This document shows positions 1-10,085 of a DNA stretch of 64,000 nt, in pieces; position 1 is the stretch's first letter, and each line of letters begins with the position of its first letter. The DNA is from Theionarchaea archaeon (lineage in GTDB: Archaea > Methanobacteriota_B > Thermococci > Methanofastidiosales > SZ-28-30), in contig JACVGT010000011.1 of the NCBI GenBank assembly GCA_018992685.1, positions 128,001 through 192,000 of the forward strand, read 5' to 3'. A model generated the notes under the pieces. It did not search any database and was not told where the DNA came from. It saw nothing but the letters and a program-made list of their open reading frames with translations. Made by a program: the position numbers and the translations under genes.

Positions 1-2
1 GA

Positions 3-623
3 TACATTCCCGGAGAGTTCGCCCTCTACGGAGATTTGACTGCTAGAGATTTGCTGAAATACTTCGGTACATTGAGGAGAAACTTCGATGAAAAAAGACT
101 TGAAAGACTGTTGGAGATATTTGAACTCCCGCTGGATAGAAAGGTCAAGGGATATTCACGGGGAATGAAACAAAAATTGAGCATCGTGCAAGCTTTCATG
201 CACAATCCTGAACTGATAATTATGGACGAACCGACAGCTGGGCTTGACCCTTTGCTTCAGGGGAAATTCTACGATTTCTTAAGAGAAGAAAAGAAGGAAG
301 GCAAGACCATGTTCATCTCATCTCACATATTGACGGAAGTAGAAAAAATCTCAGACAGGGTGGGTATAATAAGAGATGGAAGTTTGATAGCGTTGGAAAA
401 TGTAGATTCTCTGAAGAGTAAAAAAGGAAAAGTCGTGAAGGTGAAAACTGCAGAAAAACTAACAGTCAGGGGAATAAAAACCAAGTTGGAGAATGGATGG
501 ACGACCTTCGTTGTCACAAAAGATATGGATGAAGTCATCAAAGAATTGGCGAACTACACTATCAGAGATATAGAAATAGGCGAACTCAGCCTCGAGGAAA
601 TATTCTTGCATTATTACAGGTGA
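3..623 (+). CDS. ABC-2 type transporter ATP-binding subunit (5'-partial, runs off window start)
   Basis: Signature YSRGMKQK, Walker B IIMDEPT, H-loop SSH; frame open from position 3 (YIPGEF). Confidence 0.93.
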   Translation, partial: YIPGEFALYGDLTARDLLKYFGTLRRNFDEKRLERLLEIFELPLDRKVKGYSRGMKQKLSIVQAFMHNPELIIMDEPTAGLDPLLQGKFYDFLREEKKEGKTMFISSHILTEVEKISDRVGIIRDGSLIALENVDSLKSKKGKVVKVKTAEKLTVRGIKTKLENGWTTFVVTKDMDEVIKELANYTIRDIEIGELSLEEIFLHYYR

Positions 624-627
624 TCAT

Positions 628-1422
628 ATGAAAATAGCAATTCATGACGTAAAAAACAGCTGGAAGGGGACCTTGATGTTACTCCTGGCCTTTATTGGTC
701 TTGTTGTCATGATACTATCAATATACCCTGGTATGAAAGGGTCCATTGATATGTGGAGGGATAATCTTCCTGAGGTTGCGTTAACTACGTTCGGGAGATC
801 GGGGATTGATTTGTCAATGGTGGAAGGCTATTTGAATGTGGAGTTCTACCAGTGGGGATGGGTGCTCACTCTCGGTATCTACTTTGCATTCATTTCCTCC
901 TCCTTGATTTCAAAAGAAATAGAAAGTAAGACGATAGATATGCTCCTCTCAAACCCTGTTTCTAGGGCAAGAGTTGTCCTTGAGAAGTTTTTTGGACTAG
1001 TGCCAGCGATAATCCTGATGAACGTTGTGATGCCTATTGCCATTCTTGGATACTTGAAATACATAAACGAGACCATAGATGTGACCTATCTGTTTTACAC
1101 TCATCTTGTATCTGTTTTCTATCTGTGTGCAGTCTGTGCCATTGGGTTGTTGTTCTCCGTCATCTTCGATGAAACGAGAAGAGCAAATGTAGTGGCAATA
1201 GGAGTCATCTCTGGTATGTATATTATGGAAGTCCTCTCATTCATTTCAGAGAAATATTCTGCAATAGGGAAGATATCTATAATCCATTACTACGACCCAG
1301 GAGAAATGCTGGTGCATCACACCGTTGAAGCTTCAGACGTAATAATCCTGTTCTTCATAACTGCAGTGATACTCGTGGCAGCTGCGATCTACTTCGAGAA
1401 GAGAGATATTGCTGTCAGTTAG
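628..1422 (+). CDS. ABC-2 type transporter permease
   Basis: About 6 TM segments, EIESKTIDMLLSNPVSR motif, ends FEKRDI; follows the ATPase. Confidence 0.92.
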   Translation: MKIAIHDVKNSWKGTLMLLLAFIGLVVMILSIYPGMKGSIDMWRDNLPEVALTTFGRSGIDLSMVEGYLNVEFYQWGWVLTLGIYFAFISSSLISKEIESKTIDMLLSNPVSRARVVLEKFFGLVPAIILMNVVMPIAILGYLKYINETIDVTYLFYTHLVSVFYLCAVCAIGLLFSVIFDETRRANVVAIGVISGMYIMEVLSFISEKYSAIGKISIIHYYDPGEMLVHHTVEASDVIILFFITAVILVAAAIYFEKRDIAVS

Positions 1423-1870
1423 AGTTGTATCTCCCTTTGCGTTCCATTGTCATTGAGTGAATGGATGATCTGGATCCCCGATTTATGCAGCATCTTCACC
1501 GAATTTTGAAATCCGAAAGTGAATAGAAGGACTTATACGTGAAGCCGGAAAGTGAAGGTATGGAACCTCCCACAGATGCGAACATACTACCCAAGCATTT
1601 TGCTTTTTGCATTCTTCATTCCTCGTGGAGGGACATCTTCAACATTCGATGTAGCATCACACCTATCCAGATGAGTTGGAAGAATACTACCCAATCTTTG
1701 GTAGAAAGGATGCAGAAAGAGTGGAATACATCACGGTACCAGGAGGATGATGCAGGTCAGCTGTGAAGCAGTTCTCAAAGTCCTTGGAGTTTAAGAAATG
1801 AGAGTCTTTACCATTGATTGGATACCTTCTATGATAAAGCAGTGATATACCCAACAAGATGGATGAGAAA

Positions 1871-2473
1871 CTAATCTACTAGGCTACCATACATCCATGA
1901 ATACTCGTTATCAGTCCTTTCAAACCCCACTTTTTCGGCTAATTTTATACTTGGCACATTCTCCTGACCGCAATGCCATCCAATAGAACCATGATTACTG
2001 GACAAACAGGAGTCCACGAGAGCTGCTGTTGCGATGGCGCCAAACCCTCTCTGTCGGTATTCTTTGACTGTTTGTACTGTGAACTCACACGAAGAACCAT
2101 ACCTGAATGAAAGACACCAGCTGACAGCCGCTTTATCTCTATAGACCAGGCAGTAACCTTCAAATCTCCTTCTTATGAATTCATCAACAGAAGCAATAAT
2201 GTCTTTGACTTCTCCAATAAGTGTATCAATGTTGTCTATATTGCTCTTCAACAAGTTCTCATCGACACGTCTTAAGGCAAATCCTGGAGGTATTCTGTCT
2301 TTCCAGTCGGTAACAACCTTCTGGCTAAATGCATAGTAGCAGCGAGGCATCCTCCTCGGAAACCGATCTATCAGTACCTCATTATTCAGTACCTTTTTTT
2401 CCCAGTGATGTGAGCATATTACGAAATACAGGGTTATGTTCCTCTTCAATGCATCGGGGGCAATTACTCTCGT
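1871..2473 (-). pseudogene. GNAT-family acetyltransferase, 5'-truncated
   Basis: Motif A (EYRQRGFGA) and motif B (NVPSIKLAEKVGF); frame runs to a junction near 2473 with no credible start. Confidence 0.7.
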
Positions 2474-3228
2474 GCAAGACCACCACCATCAGACTCTTCC
2501 TGGACCTGATCCGCCCCACCCGAGGGAGAGCTGAAATCTTTGGACTAGAAACGCAGAAAAACTCGCTCAAAATCAAAAGCCGCATTGGTTATATCCCTGG
2601 TGATCTGAGTCTGTACGATGCAATGTCTGGAAAAAGGTTCCTGCAATTTGTCTCTTCCTTGAGAACGAAAGAACCAGTGATGGCAGATGCGCTCTGTGAA
2701 CGGTTTCAGGTAACAGTGGACAGAAAAATTAAGGAGTACTCAAAAGGCATGAAACAGAAAATTGGTATTGTCCAAGCTTTCATGCATGATCCCGAATTGG
2801 TCATCATGGATGAGCCCACGCTGGGGTTAGACCCATTAATGCAGCGAGAGTTCTACACGTTCTTGAAAGAAGAACAGGAAAAAGGGAGAACCTTCTTCAT
2901 ATCTTCTCACATCTTAAGTGAGGTTGAAAAAGTGTGCGATCGTGTGGGAATCATAAGAGAAGGGAACATCGTGGCAATAGAAGATGTGGAAACTCTGAAA
3001 AAGAAGAGTGGGAGACTCATGGAAGTCACTTTCTCGAATGACGTCACAGAGGAAGACTTTAACATTCCTCAGATTTCAGTAGTATCCATAGAGAATCGTA
3101 CGGTGCAGTTCAGGGTTACTGGTAACATGGATGATGTTATCAAGCATTTGTCTCATTTCGAAATTAAGGATCTCGTTTCAAAAGGTGTATCGGTAGAGGA
3201 TATATTCATGCACTACTATGGTGATTGA
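2474..3228 (+). pseudogene. ABC-2 ATP-binding subunit truncated inside Walker A
   Basis: Homology starts at KTTTIR with the GxxGxG loop missing; YSKGMKQK, VIMDEPT and SSH intact; paralog of 3-623. Confidence 0.75.
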
Positions 3229-3229
3229 A

Positions 3230-4027
3230 ATGAAGATTTTTGTCAAAACGCTGCGAGAGAAATCAAGAGGAATTCTCATTTTGATGGTACTATTTTTGGG
3301 ATTCGCAATATACACTGCAGCTATGTTCCCTGCCATGGGTGAAGATATGCTGAAAAACCTTGATAGAGTACTTGATTTTCCAGCTTTCAAAGCCTTCGGA
3401 AAGTCTGTATCCACGCTTACCGCTATTGAGGGTCTCTTCGTGGTTGAGATATATCAATGGATGATTGAACTTCTCTTGGCAGGATATGTTGTCCTCTTTG
3501 CTGCGAGTTTTGTGTCTGGAGAAATCGAGAAGAAAACTATAGATGTATTGCTGGCAAACCCTATTTCACGAACCCGAATACTCCTAGAGAAGTACCTAGC
3601 ATTGGTGGTGATGATTGTCATGGTGAATGTGGCGCTGTTCATAGGAGTTGTTGCAGGGATAGCATACATTGGTGAAGAAACAGATGTAACCTGGCTGGCG
3701 TACACTCACATCGTGTTGATGCCGTTCCTTCTGGCTGTGGGTTCTTATTCCACTTTCTTATCGGTATTGTTCGATGATTTTCGGAAGGTGATGTCTGTGG
3801 GACTTGGGATCTTGTTCGGTACTTTCTTCTTGGATTCAATTTCCTTGATGGCAGAAAAATATGCTTTCGTATCCAAGGTGACGCTGTTTCACTACTTTGA
3901 TCCAGGAGAAACCCTCGTTTTGCACAAGATCGAGTGGAACCACGTAGTGGTGTTATGTGTGGTAGCTGTGGCACTGCTCTTGGCTGCTGTGCAGTGGTTC
4001 AACAAGAGAGACATCAACATTACATGA
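3230..4027 (+). CDS. ABC-2 type transporter permease
   Basis: EIEKKTIDVLLANPISR, multiple TM segments, ends FNKRDI; paralog of 628-1422. Confidence 0.92.
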   Translation: MKIFVKTLREKSRGILILMVLFLGFAIYTAAMFPAMGEDMLKNLDRVLDFPAFKAFGKSVSTLTAIEGLFVVEIYQWMIELLLAGYVVLFAASFVSGEIEKKTIDVLLANPISRTRILLEKYLALVVMIVMVNVALFIGVVAGIAYIGEETDVTWLAYTHIVLMPFLLAVGSYSTFLSVLFDDFRKVMSVGLGILFGTFFLDSISLMAEKYAFVSKVTLFHYFDPGETLVLHKIEWNHVVVLCVVAVALLLAAVQWFNKRDINIT

Positions 4028-4198
4028 CGATGCTGACTTCATGACGATATTGACTTTTTTCCTTTTTATGAAGCACTTGGATGAACTTGAGGCGGGATGG
4101 GATGAGAACTCCTTGGAGGTTATTGATGTAGATATTACACGCCAGATTGAATCAGCTTCTGGAATTCAACCTCATCCGGAGCTTAATAATTCGGAAAA

Positions 4199-4387
4199 TC
4201 ATTTCATCATAGTCTTTGCAAATGTTCTCGCTTGATCCAAGTCTTCATGACTTGGTTTTCCTCGATTAGTAAGGAAAAACTTCCCCTTGCAGAAGAATTT
4301 ACCTTTGATACAAGTTTCCTTGGTACTCAGAACATCTTCCATTCCTTTAACCTCAACTCCCTCTCCTGCCGCCGAGGTCCCAGACAA
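4199..4387 (-). pseudogene. Flavodoxin-like C-terminal remnant
   Basis: GKFFCKGKFFLTNRGKPSHEDLDQARTFAK resembles a flavodoxin C-terminus; N-terminal half absent. Confidence 0.55.
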
Positions 4388-4539
4388 GCAACAGTTCTTA
4401 ACGTGAAATCACTCTCTTCTGTTCCAATTACTGTTCTTGTGATTCTACAACCATGTTTTCCTAATGGGCCAATAGAGGAAGATGCTTGAAATGTGCGCAT
4501 CAAAAACCTAAAATCTGAAACTATTAATTGTTTAGGTCA

Positions 4540-4552
4540 GAAAAGCTTAAAT
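4540..4552 (+). promoter_or_regulatory. BRE/TATA promoter of dps
   Basis: gaaaagcttaaat about 33 bp upstream of the ATG; RBS gaggtga. Confidence 0.55.
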
Positions 4553-4584
4553 ACACAGGATGAATAAATAACAGAGGTGATAAA

Positions 4585-5136
4585 ATGGCAAAAGTAACAC
4601 GTGAAGTGGTAGAAAAAGCTGGTGTTAATGTAGATCAGCTGGTAGAGTCATTAGTTAGGAATGCTGCAGCGGAATTGACAACATACTACTATTATACTAT
4701 CCTCCGAGCAAATCTGATCGGACTGGAGGGAGAGGGAATCAAAGAGATTGCAGAGGTTGCTCGTATCGAAGATCGGAATCACTTCGAAGCTTTAGTGCCA
4801 CGGATTTATGAACTCGGAGGAGCTTTGCCCAGAGATATGAAAGAGTTCCACGATATCTCAGGATGCCCTCCTGCATACTTGCCCGAGGACACAACTGATG
4901 TCAACAAGATTTTGAAAGTCCTTGTGGAAGCTGAGAGATGTGCAGTCCGTCAATATACCAACGTTTGTAACCTTACTGCCGGAAAGGACCACAGAACCTA
5001 TGATCTTGCGCTTTCAATCCTCAACGAAGAAATAGAGCATGAATCCTGGTTCTCCGAGTTCCTGGGCGAGGGACCCTCAGGGCACTTCATGCGCAGGGGA
5101 GAAAGCTCACCATTTGTGTCCAAATTTCTGAAGTAG
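4585..5136 (+). CDS. dps: DPS-like (DpsL) ferritin-superfamily protein
   Basis: [24 protein letters not shown] and EEIEHE di-iron ligands, with the Cys pair typical of archaeal DpsL. Confidence 0.93.
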   Translation: MAKVTREVVEKAGVNVDQLVESLVRNAAAELTTYYYYTILRANLIGLEGEGIKEIAEVARIEDRNHFEALVPRIYELGGALPRDMKEFHDISGCPPAYLPEDTTDVNKILKVLVEAERCAVRQYTNVCNLTAGKDHRTYDLALSILNEEIEHESWFSEFLGEGPSGHFMRRGESSPFVSKFLK

Positions 5137-5169
5137 ATACAAGTTTATCTCCTTTCTCCATTTTATACC

Positions 5170-5412
5170 ATGAAACTATTCAGCAAAGAGGAACTTGCCA
5201 CGTATAATGGAAAAAATGGTGCTCCAGCATACCTGGCATACAAGGGGAAGGTATACGACGTTTCTGACAGTTTTCTCTGGCGAAATGGAAATCATCAGGG
5301 GTTCCACATGGCAGGCGAAGACTTGACCACGAGTCTTGACCGAGCACCTCACAATGAGGATCTCCTTGAAAGGGTTCCCGTGGTGGGAATTCTTGATGAT
5401 ACTTCTGAATAA
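5170..5412 (+). CDS. Cytochrome b5-like heme/steroid-binding protein
   Basis: EELATYNGKNG, GKVYDVS, W..G.HQG.HMAGEDLT, APH. Confidence 0.9.
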   Translation: MKLFSKEELATYNGKNGAPAYLAYKGKVYDVSDSFLWRNGNHQGFHMAGEDLTTSLDRAPHNEDLLERVPVVGILDDTSE

Positions 5413-5449
5413 ATACCTTCAAAAATGAGAGAAATGTTTCAGCTCGTCG

Positions 5450-5544
5450 GAGTTGCTTAATGAATCATCCCTCCCTTCAGTAATTCAATGACCTTTGCTT
5501 ATGCTTGAGATTCTGGACAACAGCCAGGAGCATCACGTGGGTCT
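5450..5544 (-). mobile_element. IS 3'-end remnant, a copy of about 13712-13807
   Basis: aatgaatcatccctcc..cagtaattcaatgacctttg..ttgagattctggacaacagc.aggagcat is shared with the transposase remnant at 13.7 kb. Confidence 0.75.
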
Positions 5545-6833
5545 AGCGAGTGTGACGAAGACAAAGCACAAACGTATGTGAAGATTACAAAAGAGATCCA
5601 GCTCCGTTTAGTTTTGTGTGCACATTCTCTTTCTATCCAACTTCCTCCATAAGCCCCAATTGGAAATACATTGTAGGGGAATTTCTCCAATTCCACAAAT
5701 TCCCCATTCCTGTACACGTACAGGCTTTGCTTTAACTCCGTTGGATCAGGTACACCTATTTGTCTGATGAAGAGAATACCTCTCGATTTCCATTCAGGCA
5801 CCATGTTAGCATAACCAGAATCCAGGACTTGTTCCTCTTTTGTATCGACATCAACAATGACTAACTCATAGATTCCAAAGGGTTCGTTTTCCTTACCTGT
5901 CTTCAATCGCGAAAAGACAATTTGCTTATTATCAGGGCTCAAATCAGGATCAGCATCAATTCCAATTGGATACCCCCTCTGAGGCCCTTCATTGTCCGGA
6001 TTTTTCCCGCCATCAGTGATTTTTTCTAAATTTCCCCCATCTGAATCCATCAGCCAGACCTGAGACGGTTTTTCAAGCCAGGGTAAGGGAAGTCTGTTAA
6101 ACACGATCTTTGATCCATCCTCAGACCATGAACAATCAAAATCCATATACTCTGCATCATCAGTTAGTTCCACCAGATTCTTCTTAAAGTCAATTGTGTA
6201 GATATGGTGTGGATGACTAATATCTAGACCTTTTCTTGCAGAAAAAACGATTTTCTCACTTATACAGGAGTAATCCGGGTTATTTATGGCATCCAGTCCA
6301 CATTCAGAGGTAAGACAGTTCATCTCCCCTGTGGTTAAGTCCAAGAGGTACAGTTCTGTCTTGTCCCTATCAGTAACCATCCCGTCCTTGTCGGTGTCAG
6401 CGCAGGCTGCATTACACATAATCGTCGTGGTGTCCACAACCTGGCCATTGACAAAACAGCACTCTATATTTGTTATCTGGATAACATTTCCTGTCTCCAT
6501 GTCTAGAGCAAATAACTGTCTCGGGGAAGCCAATCCATCGTCTGGATTATATATTTTCTTGTTGCAGAGAGGATCATTGATGAAATTGTTCTTTAATTCG
6601 TACTTTTCATCTAGACAGGCAACATCATCCAAAACATATCGAATGGAACTGAAGATGATATCCATGGATTCTGGAATTTCATTGACGAGGATCCCTTTTG
6701 GTATTTCTGTAGGTGGTTGCTTTTCCATCTGGTCTTTCTCTTCAACACATCCACTGATCACTATAATTCCCAGTAAGAGAACTCCTACCAGGGAGAACAT
6801 TTTTCCATTCTTGCGTCTAATTTTCATCAGCAT
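5499..6833 (-). CDS. TolB-like (PD40) beta-propeller lipoprotein
   Basis: Lipobox VISGC; WSEDGSKIVF and LSPDNKQIVF repeats; DTDKDG Ca-binding-like motif. Confidence 0.82.
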   Translation of the reverse strand: MLMKIRRKNGKMFSLVGVLLLGIIVISGCVEEKDQMEKQPPTEIPKGILVNEIPESMDIIFSSIRYVLDDVACLDEKYELKNNFINDPLCNKKIYNPDDGLASPRQLFALDMETGNVIQITNIECCFVNGQVVDTTTIMCNAACADTDKDGMVTDRDKTELYLLDLTTGEMNCLTSECGLDAINNPDYSCISEKIVFSARKGLDISHPHHIYTIDFKKNLVELTDDAEYMDFDCSWSEDGSKIVFNRLPLPWLEKPSQVWLMDSDGGNLEKITDGGKNPDNEGPQRGYPIGIDADPDLSPDNKQIVFSRLKTGKENEPFGIYELVIVDVDTKEEQVLDSGYANMVPEWKSRGILFIRQIGVPDPTELKQSLYVYRNGEFVELEKFPYNVFPIGAYGGSWIERECAHKTKRSWISFVIFTYVCALSSSHSLDPRDAPGCCPESQA

Positions 6834-7134
6834 CTCCTTGGAATTACCTAGGTTGATTCTTACTTCCCTATTCCCACATAAGTATATATTTCTTTTCTCT
6901 ATTCAGTAGTTCTGAATGTAGAAAATTACTGCACACATATCGCGAAGCCTGTAATCAAAAGAACGACAAGGGCAGCCATATCTGATACCAAGTGCTGGTT
7001 GGAAGTCCTCTGTCTACAAGCAAAGAGAAAAGATCTCAGAAGGGTTGGTGAGAGTATTTCAGCGACAGGAACGTTATTGGTGGCCACCCCATAATATATT
7101 CATTAGAGTTGTTTCGTGTATGTTCCATCATAGG

Positions 7135-8379
7135 TCATTCGTGTAGTGTTCTGGAAAAAACTGCATTTGCCACTATACCTCCAAGTGTGGTAATTGCACA
7201 GGTACATAACAGAGAACCCAGTGAAAGAACAATGAGAAGGACTTCGTTACCTAGGAGACTATCCAAACCTTGACTTTCTCTCTGGATAATTCCAAAGAGA
7301 CCGAAGACTGCATTGAATACATAGTAAGCTAAGAAAAGCACAATCCCAGTTTTCAAAGATATAAGAGTGCTTTCTTTGTAATTCAAAGGATTCTTATATA
7401 TCCTATACGTTAGAAAGACGGCTGCAAATCCTGCGCTGGCAAACAGGAAAACAGCAAAATAACTCTGAAATACAAAGACTGCCAAAACACCTGCAGCAAT
7501 TCCTGCCATAACTGCAGGACTCTTTCTATGGAACAATACTAATATGACAATTCCCGCAGCTGCAAGGGACAAGAGTGAAATTGTTACTAATTCAAAGACT
7601 ATCAAAAATCTTAAATCGATATCAAGTCCAGAAAAATAATCAATATCTTCTTTTATGTTTTCTTGATTCATGTGAATTCCATATAACAAGAACAAATCGG
7701 CACTTGCGCGTACGAGATCCTCTTCAGCCATATGTTCTTCATACGTATTGTAGAGGATTTCAGCTCTTTCTTTGGTGTAGCTATCCCATGGGGTTAAAGA
7801 TATTCTTTTGAAAAGGGACAATTCCTGTAAAGAGGAGGCAAGAATTTCTTCTTTGAGTTCTTCGGGAGTTTCCCAGTAGATTTGAGCACCTGAGAACTCC
7901 TTTTTCAAAATTTCCAGAGTTGCAATTTCATCTCTTATGGCAAGGCACCATTCTCTGTAGTGTGCAGTACCTTCCAGTTCTGCCATTGTCTCTTCGGGAA
8001 CCGTTTCAAATTCTTTCAGTTTCTCAGCCCAGTATCCAGATGCACTCGCATATGCTATAATATTATCTGAAACAACTACTATGATAGAAAAGAGCTTTCC
8101 ATAAAAACTAATGGTGGCTGTGACTGGCAGTCTCGTTCTGGGAATGTTACGAATGAATTTGATTTGAGACACTAAATTTCCCCGGCAAGCCATGATCACA
8201 GTATCCATAATATAGACCTGTGGGTCTTGTTGTGTAGAAAGAGAATTTGGAGGAGCTATTTCCTCGACGTAGTTGTCAGCCCATTCGTTCAGGACACGAG
8301 TTTTTCTGACAGACAGAATTTCCGAGAACAGCATGAAGAATAGAAAGAAACTGAATACAACCAAGAGCTTTTTCTTCAT
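7135..8379 (-). CDS. Hypothetical membrane protein (signal/anchor, extracellular domain, about 5 C-terminal TMs)
   Basis: 414-aa ORF with hydrophobic N- and C-terminal segments. Confidence 0.75.
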   Translation of the reverse strand: MKKKLLVVFSFFLFFMLFSEILSVRKTRVLNEWADNYVEEIAPPNSLSTQQDPQVYIMDTVIMACRGNLVSQIKFIRNIPRTRLPVTATISFYGKLFSIIVVVSDNIIAYASASGYWAEKLKEFETVPEETMAELEGTAHYREWCLAIRDEIATLEILKKEFSGAQIYWETPEELKEEILASSLQELSLFKRISLTPWDSYTKERAEILYNTYEEHMAEEDLVRASADLFLLYGIHMNQENIKEDIDYFSGLDIDLRFLIVFELVTISLLSLAAAGIVILVLFHRKSPAVMAGIAAGVLAVFVFQSYFAVFLFASAGFAAVFLTYRIYKNPLNYKESTLISLKTGIVLFLAYYVFNAVFGLFGIIQRESQGLDSLLGNEVLLIVLSLGSLLCTCAITTLGGIVANAVFSRTLHE

Positions 8380-8509
8380 GAGGCGTCATGGAGTTGGACC
8401 TTTAAGAGTTTTTGCATCTTCTAGTTCTCTCGGTTAGTTCAGAAGAACAGATAGTACAAACTATCATTCGCTTGTCTGAAAAGAATTGTTCTTGCCGATA
8501 ATTCTCCCG

Positions 8510-9194
8510 CCATTCATGCTGGGGTTTGGTGGCGGCTGGAAGCGGGGAGTAATTCCCTCTATTCATGGAACGTCAACCTGGTTAACTTGGGAATAACAGG
8601 TACCCTGGGCAGTATCAGCACCAGCAAGACACCTCTCAAGGCTCTCCCCCGCCTTGGTTATTCTCTTGAGGTTACTATTTTCAGGATTGAGACGTTCTGA
8701 CCTCTTCCTGGATAAAGGTACAATTGATGCTCCTGTCGAACCCTCAAGGCTCCTGTGCATGAAGAAATCCACCCCCCCTGGACACGGACTGGGAGTATCT
8801 TTGCCGTGGTGTTCACCGTTGTTACCTTCATTTTCCTGATGCTTTCCACACATCCAGCCGTAAAAGCTCTTAGGATTGTCGTGCCCCTGATCCCTGTTGC
8901 TGTGCTTATTGCCGCAATAAATGCGTTTAATGAAGAGTTCACCCTGCGTGCTGCTCCCCTTTCGGTACTGGTATCCACTCTGGGTAGTCAGCAGGCACTC
9001 ATGATCACCGCAATCTATACGGGCTGGGGCATTTCTACAGCGTGCCCAATGGAGTGTTGAGTGTTCTCCTGTCAGGATTCCTAGGCTGGTTCCTCGGGAA
9101 GAGCCTCCTGGAAACGGGAGGATTCTTATGGGCATAGCTGATTCACTTCCTGCCTGATGCTATCATCTTCACCTTCTACGCAATGAATGTATAA
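8510..9194 (+). pseudogene. Decayed copy of the CPBP/Abi intramembrane protease gene
   Basis: Aligns by eye with about 35980-36659 (shared AINAFNEEFTLRAAPLS); internal stops (gaa taa near 8594, gca tag near 9135), frameshifts, no 5' end. Confidence 0.9.
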
Positions 9195-9250
9195 TGCGAT
9201 GGATTCAGATTCTCCGCACTGTACAAAGCATTATTAATTATGTTGCTAAT

Positions 9251-9271
9251 CAATAATGTTAATCATTATTG
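9251..9271. promoter_or_regulatory. Palindromic candidate operator CAATAATG-N5-CATTATTG
   Basis: Perfect 8-bp inverted repeat just upstream of a TATA-like ggtataaat; degenerate copy at 36715-36735. Confidence 0.45.
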
Positions 9272-9346
9272 AAGTATAGCAAAGGTATAAATTCCCAGAA
9301 TTCTTTAGAAGAAGCTGGATGTCGTTTCGAGGTATAGAGGTGTTAC

Positions 9347-9571
9347 ATGAACTGGCTTGGCAGAATTGGTCTCATCGTGTGGTCTATAAGTGTGGTAAGC
9401 TATTCAGTTCTGTTTATTCTTAATATTTATACAAGAACTGAGCCTGCCGTGAGGGCTCTCTGGATCGGGTCTATCGTGGGGACACTAGGGGGGTTCCTTC
9501 TCATGTTTATATCAGTGGTGTATGACCGATATAGGCAACTGGAAACAGAGCAGATTCATCCAAAGGTTTGA
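9347..9571 (+). CDS. Small two-TM membrane protein
   Basis: RBS gaggtg, two hydrophobic helices. Confidence 0.7.
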   Translation: MNWLGRIGLIVWSISVVSYSVLFILNIYTRTEPAVRALWIGSIVGTLGGFLLMFISVVYDRYRQLETEQIHPKV

Positions 9572-9632
9572 AAGATGAAAGGTTCCTGAAGATCTCTCAC
9601 AAGTGGTATGGAAGATTCAACAATCTAACTCA

Positions 9633-9971
9633 GCCCTCAGCCAGGGCTTTCGCAGCTTCTCGAGTAGCATCTGGTCTTTTCCTCCCACAATCAGAACATC
9701 ACACATTCCATAGGGTGCCGCAATATATTTCCACTCGCCAGGAGATTCTTCCCAGTTTTCCAGAGAAATGCCTTCTGTAACCAGTTCTTTGACAATTGCT
9801 TTGGCTACCGATCCACCAATCAGGATTAAATTGCGCCCGCAGGAAATCGTCCATTAGCTAAAATCCGGCTTTGTGTCCCCCTGCACAATATTAGCTTCAT
9901 CAATTACATTTTCAGGCCTGATCCGGGAAGAGTCAATGGGCGTAACGAATGCAGTGAGATAAGAGATCCCA
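9633..9971 (-). pseudogene. Decayed 3' fragment of an S-layer protein gene
   Basis: Aligns with 37525-37861 (ccctcagccagggctttcgcagc..., ccaccaatcaggat, aagagatccca) with indels and stops. Confidence 0.88.
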
Positions 9972-10085
9972 ACATTTAGGCGAGACTTGATCAAGAAGAT
10001 GGAAAGTGGATGAGGTGAAAGGAAAGAAATTGAGAAGAAAACAAAAGATACTTAAGGTAGGAGAGCAAAACTGATGAGATGAAAG

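Noticed and set aside
1423-1870. 75-aa ORF 1539-1766 and other short frames
   Set aside because: No recognisable motif or RBS; probably gene debris.
8563-9135. ORFs of 190, 106 and 101 aa in the track
   Set aside because: They are antisense or partial frames of the CPBP pseudogene.
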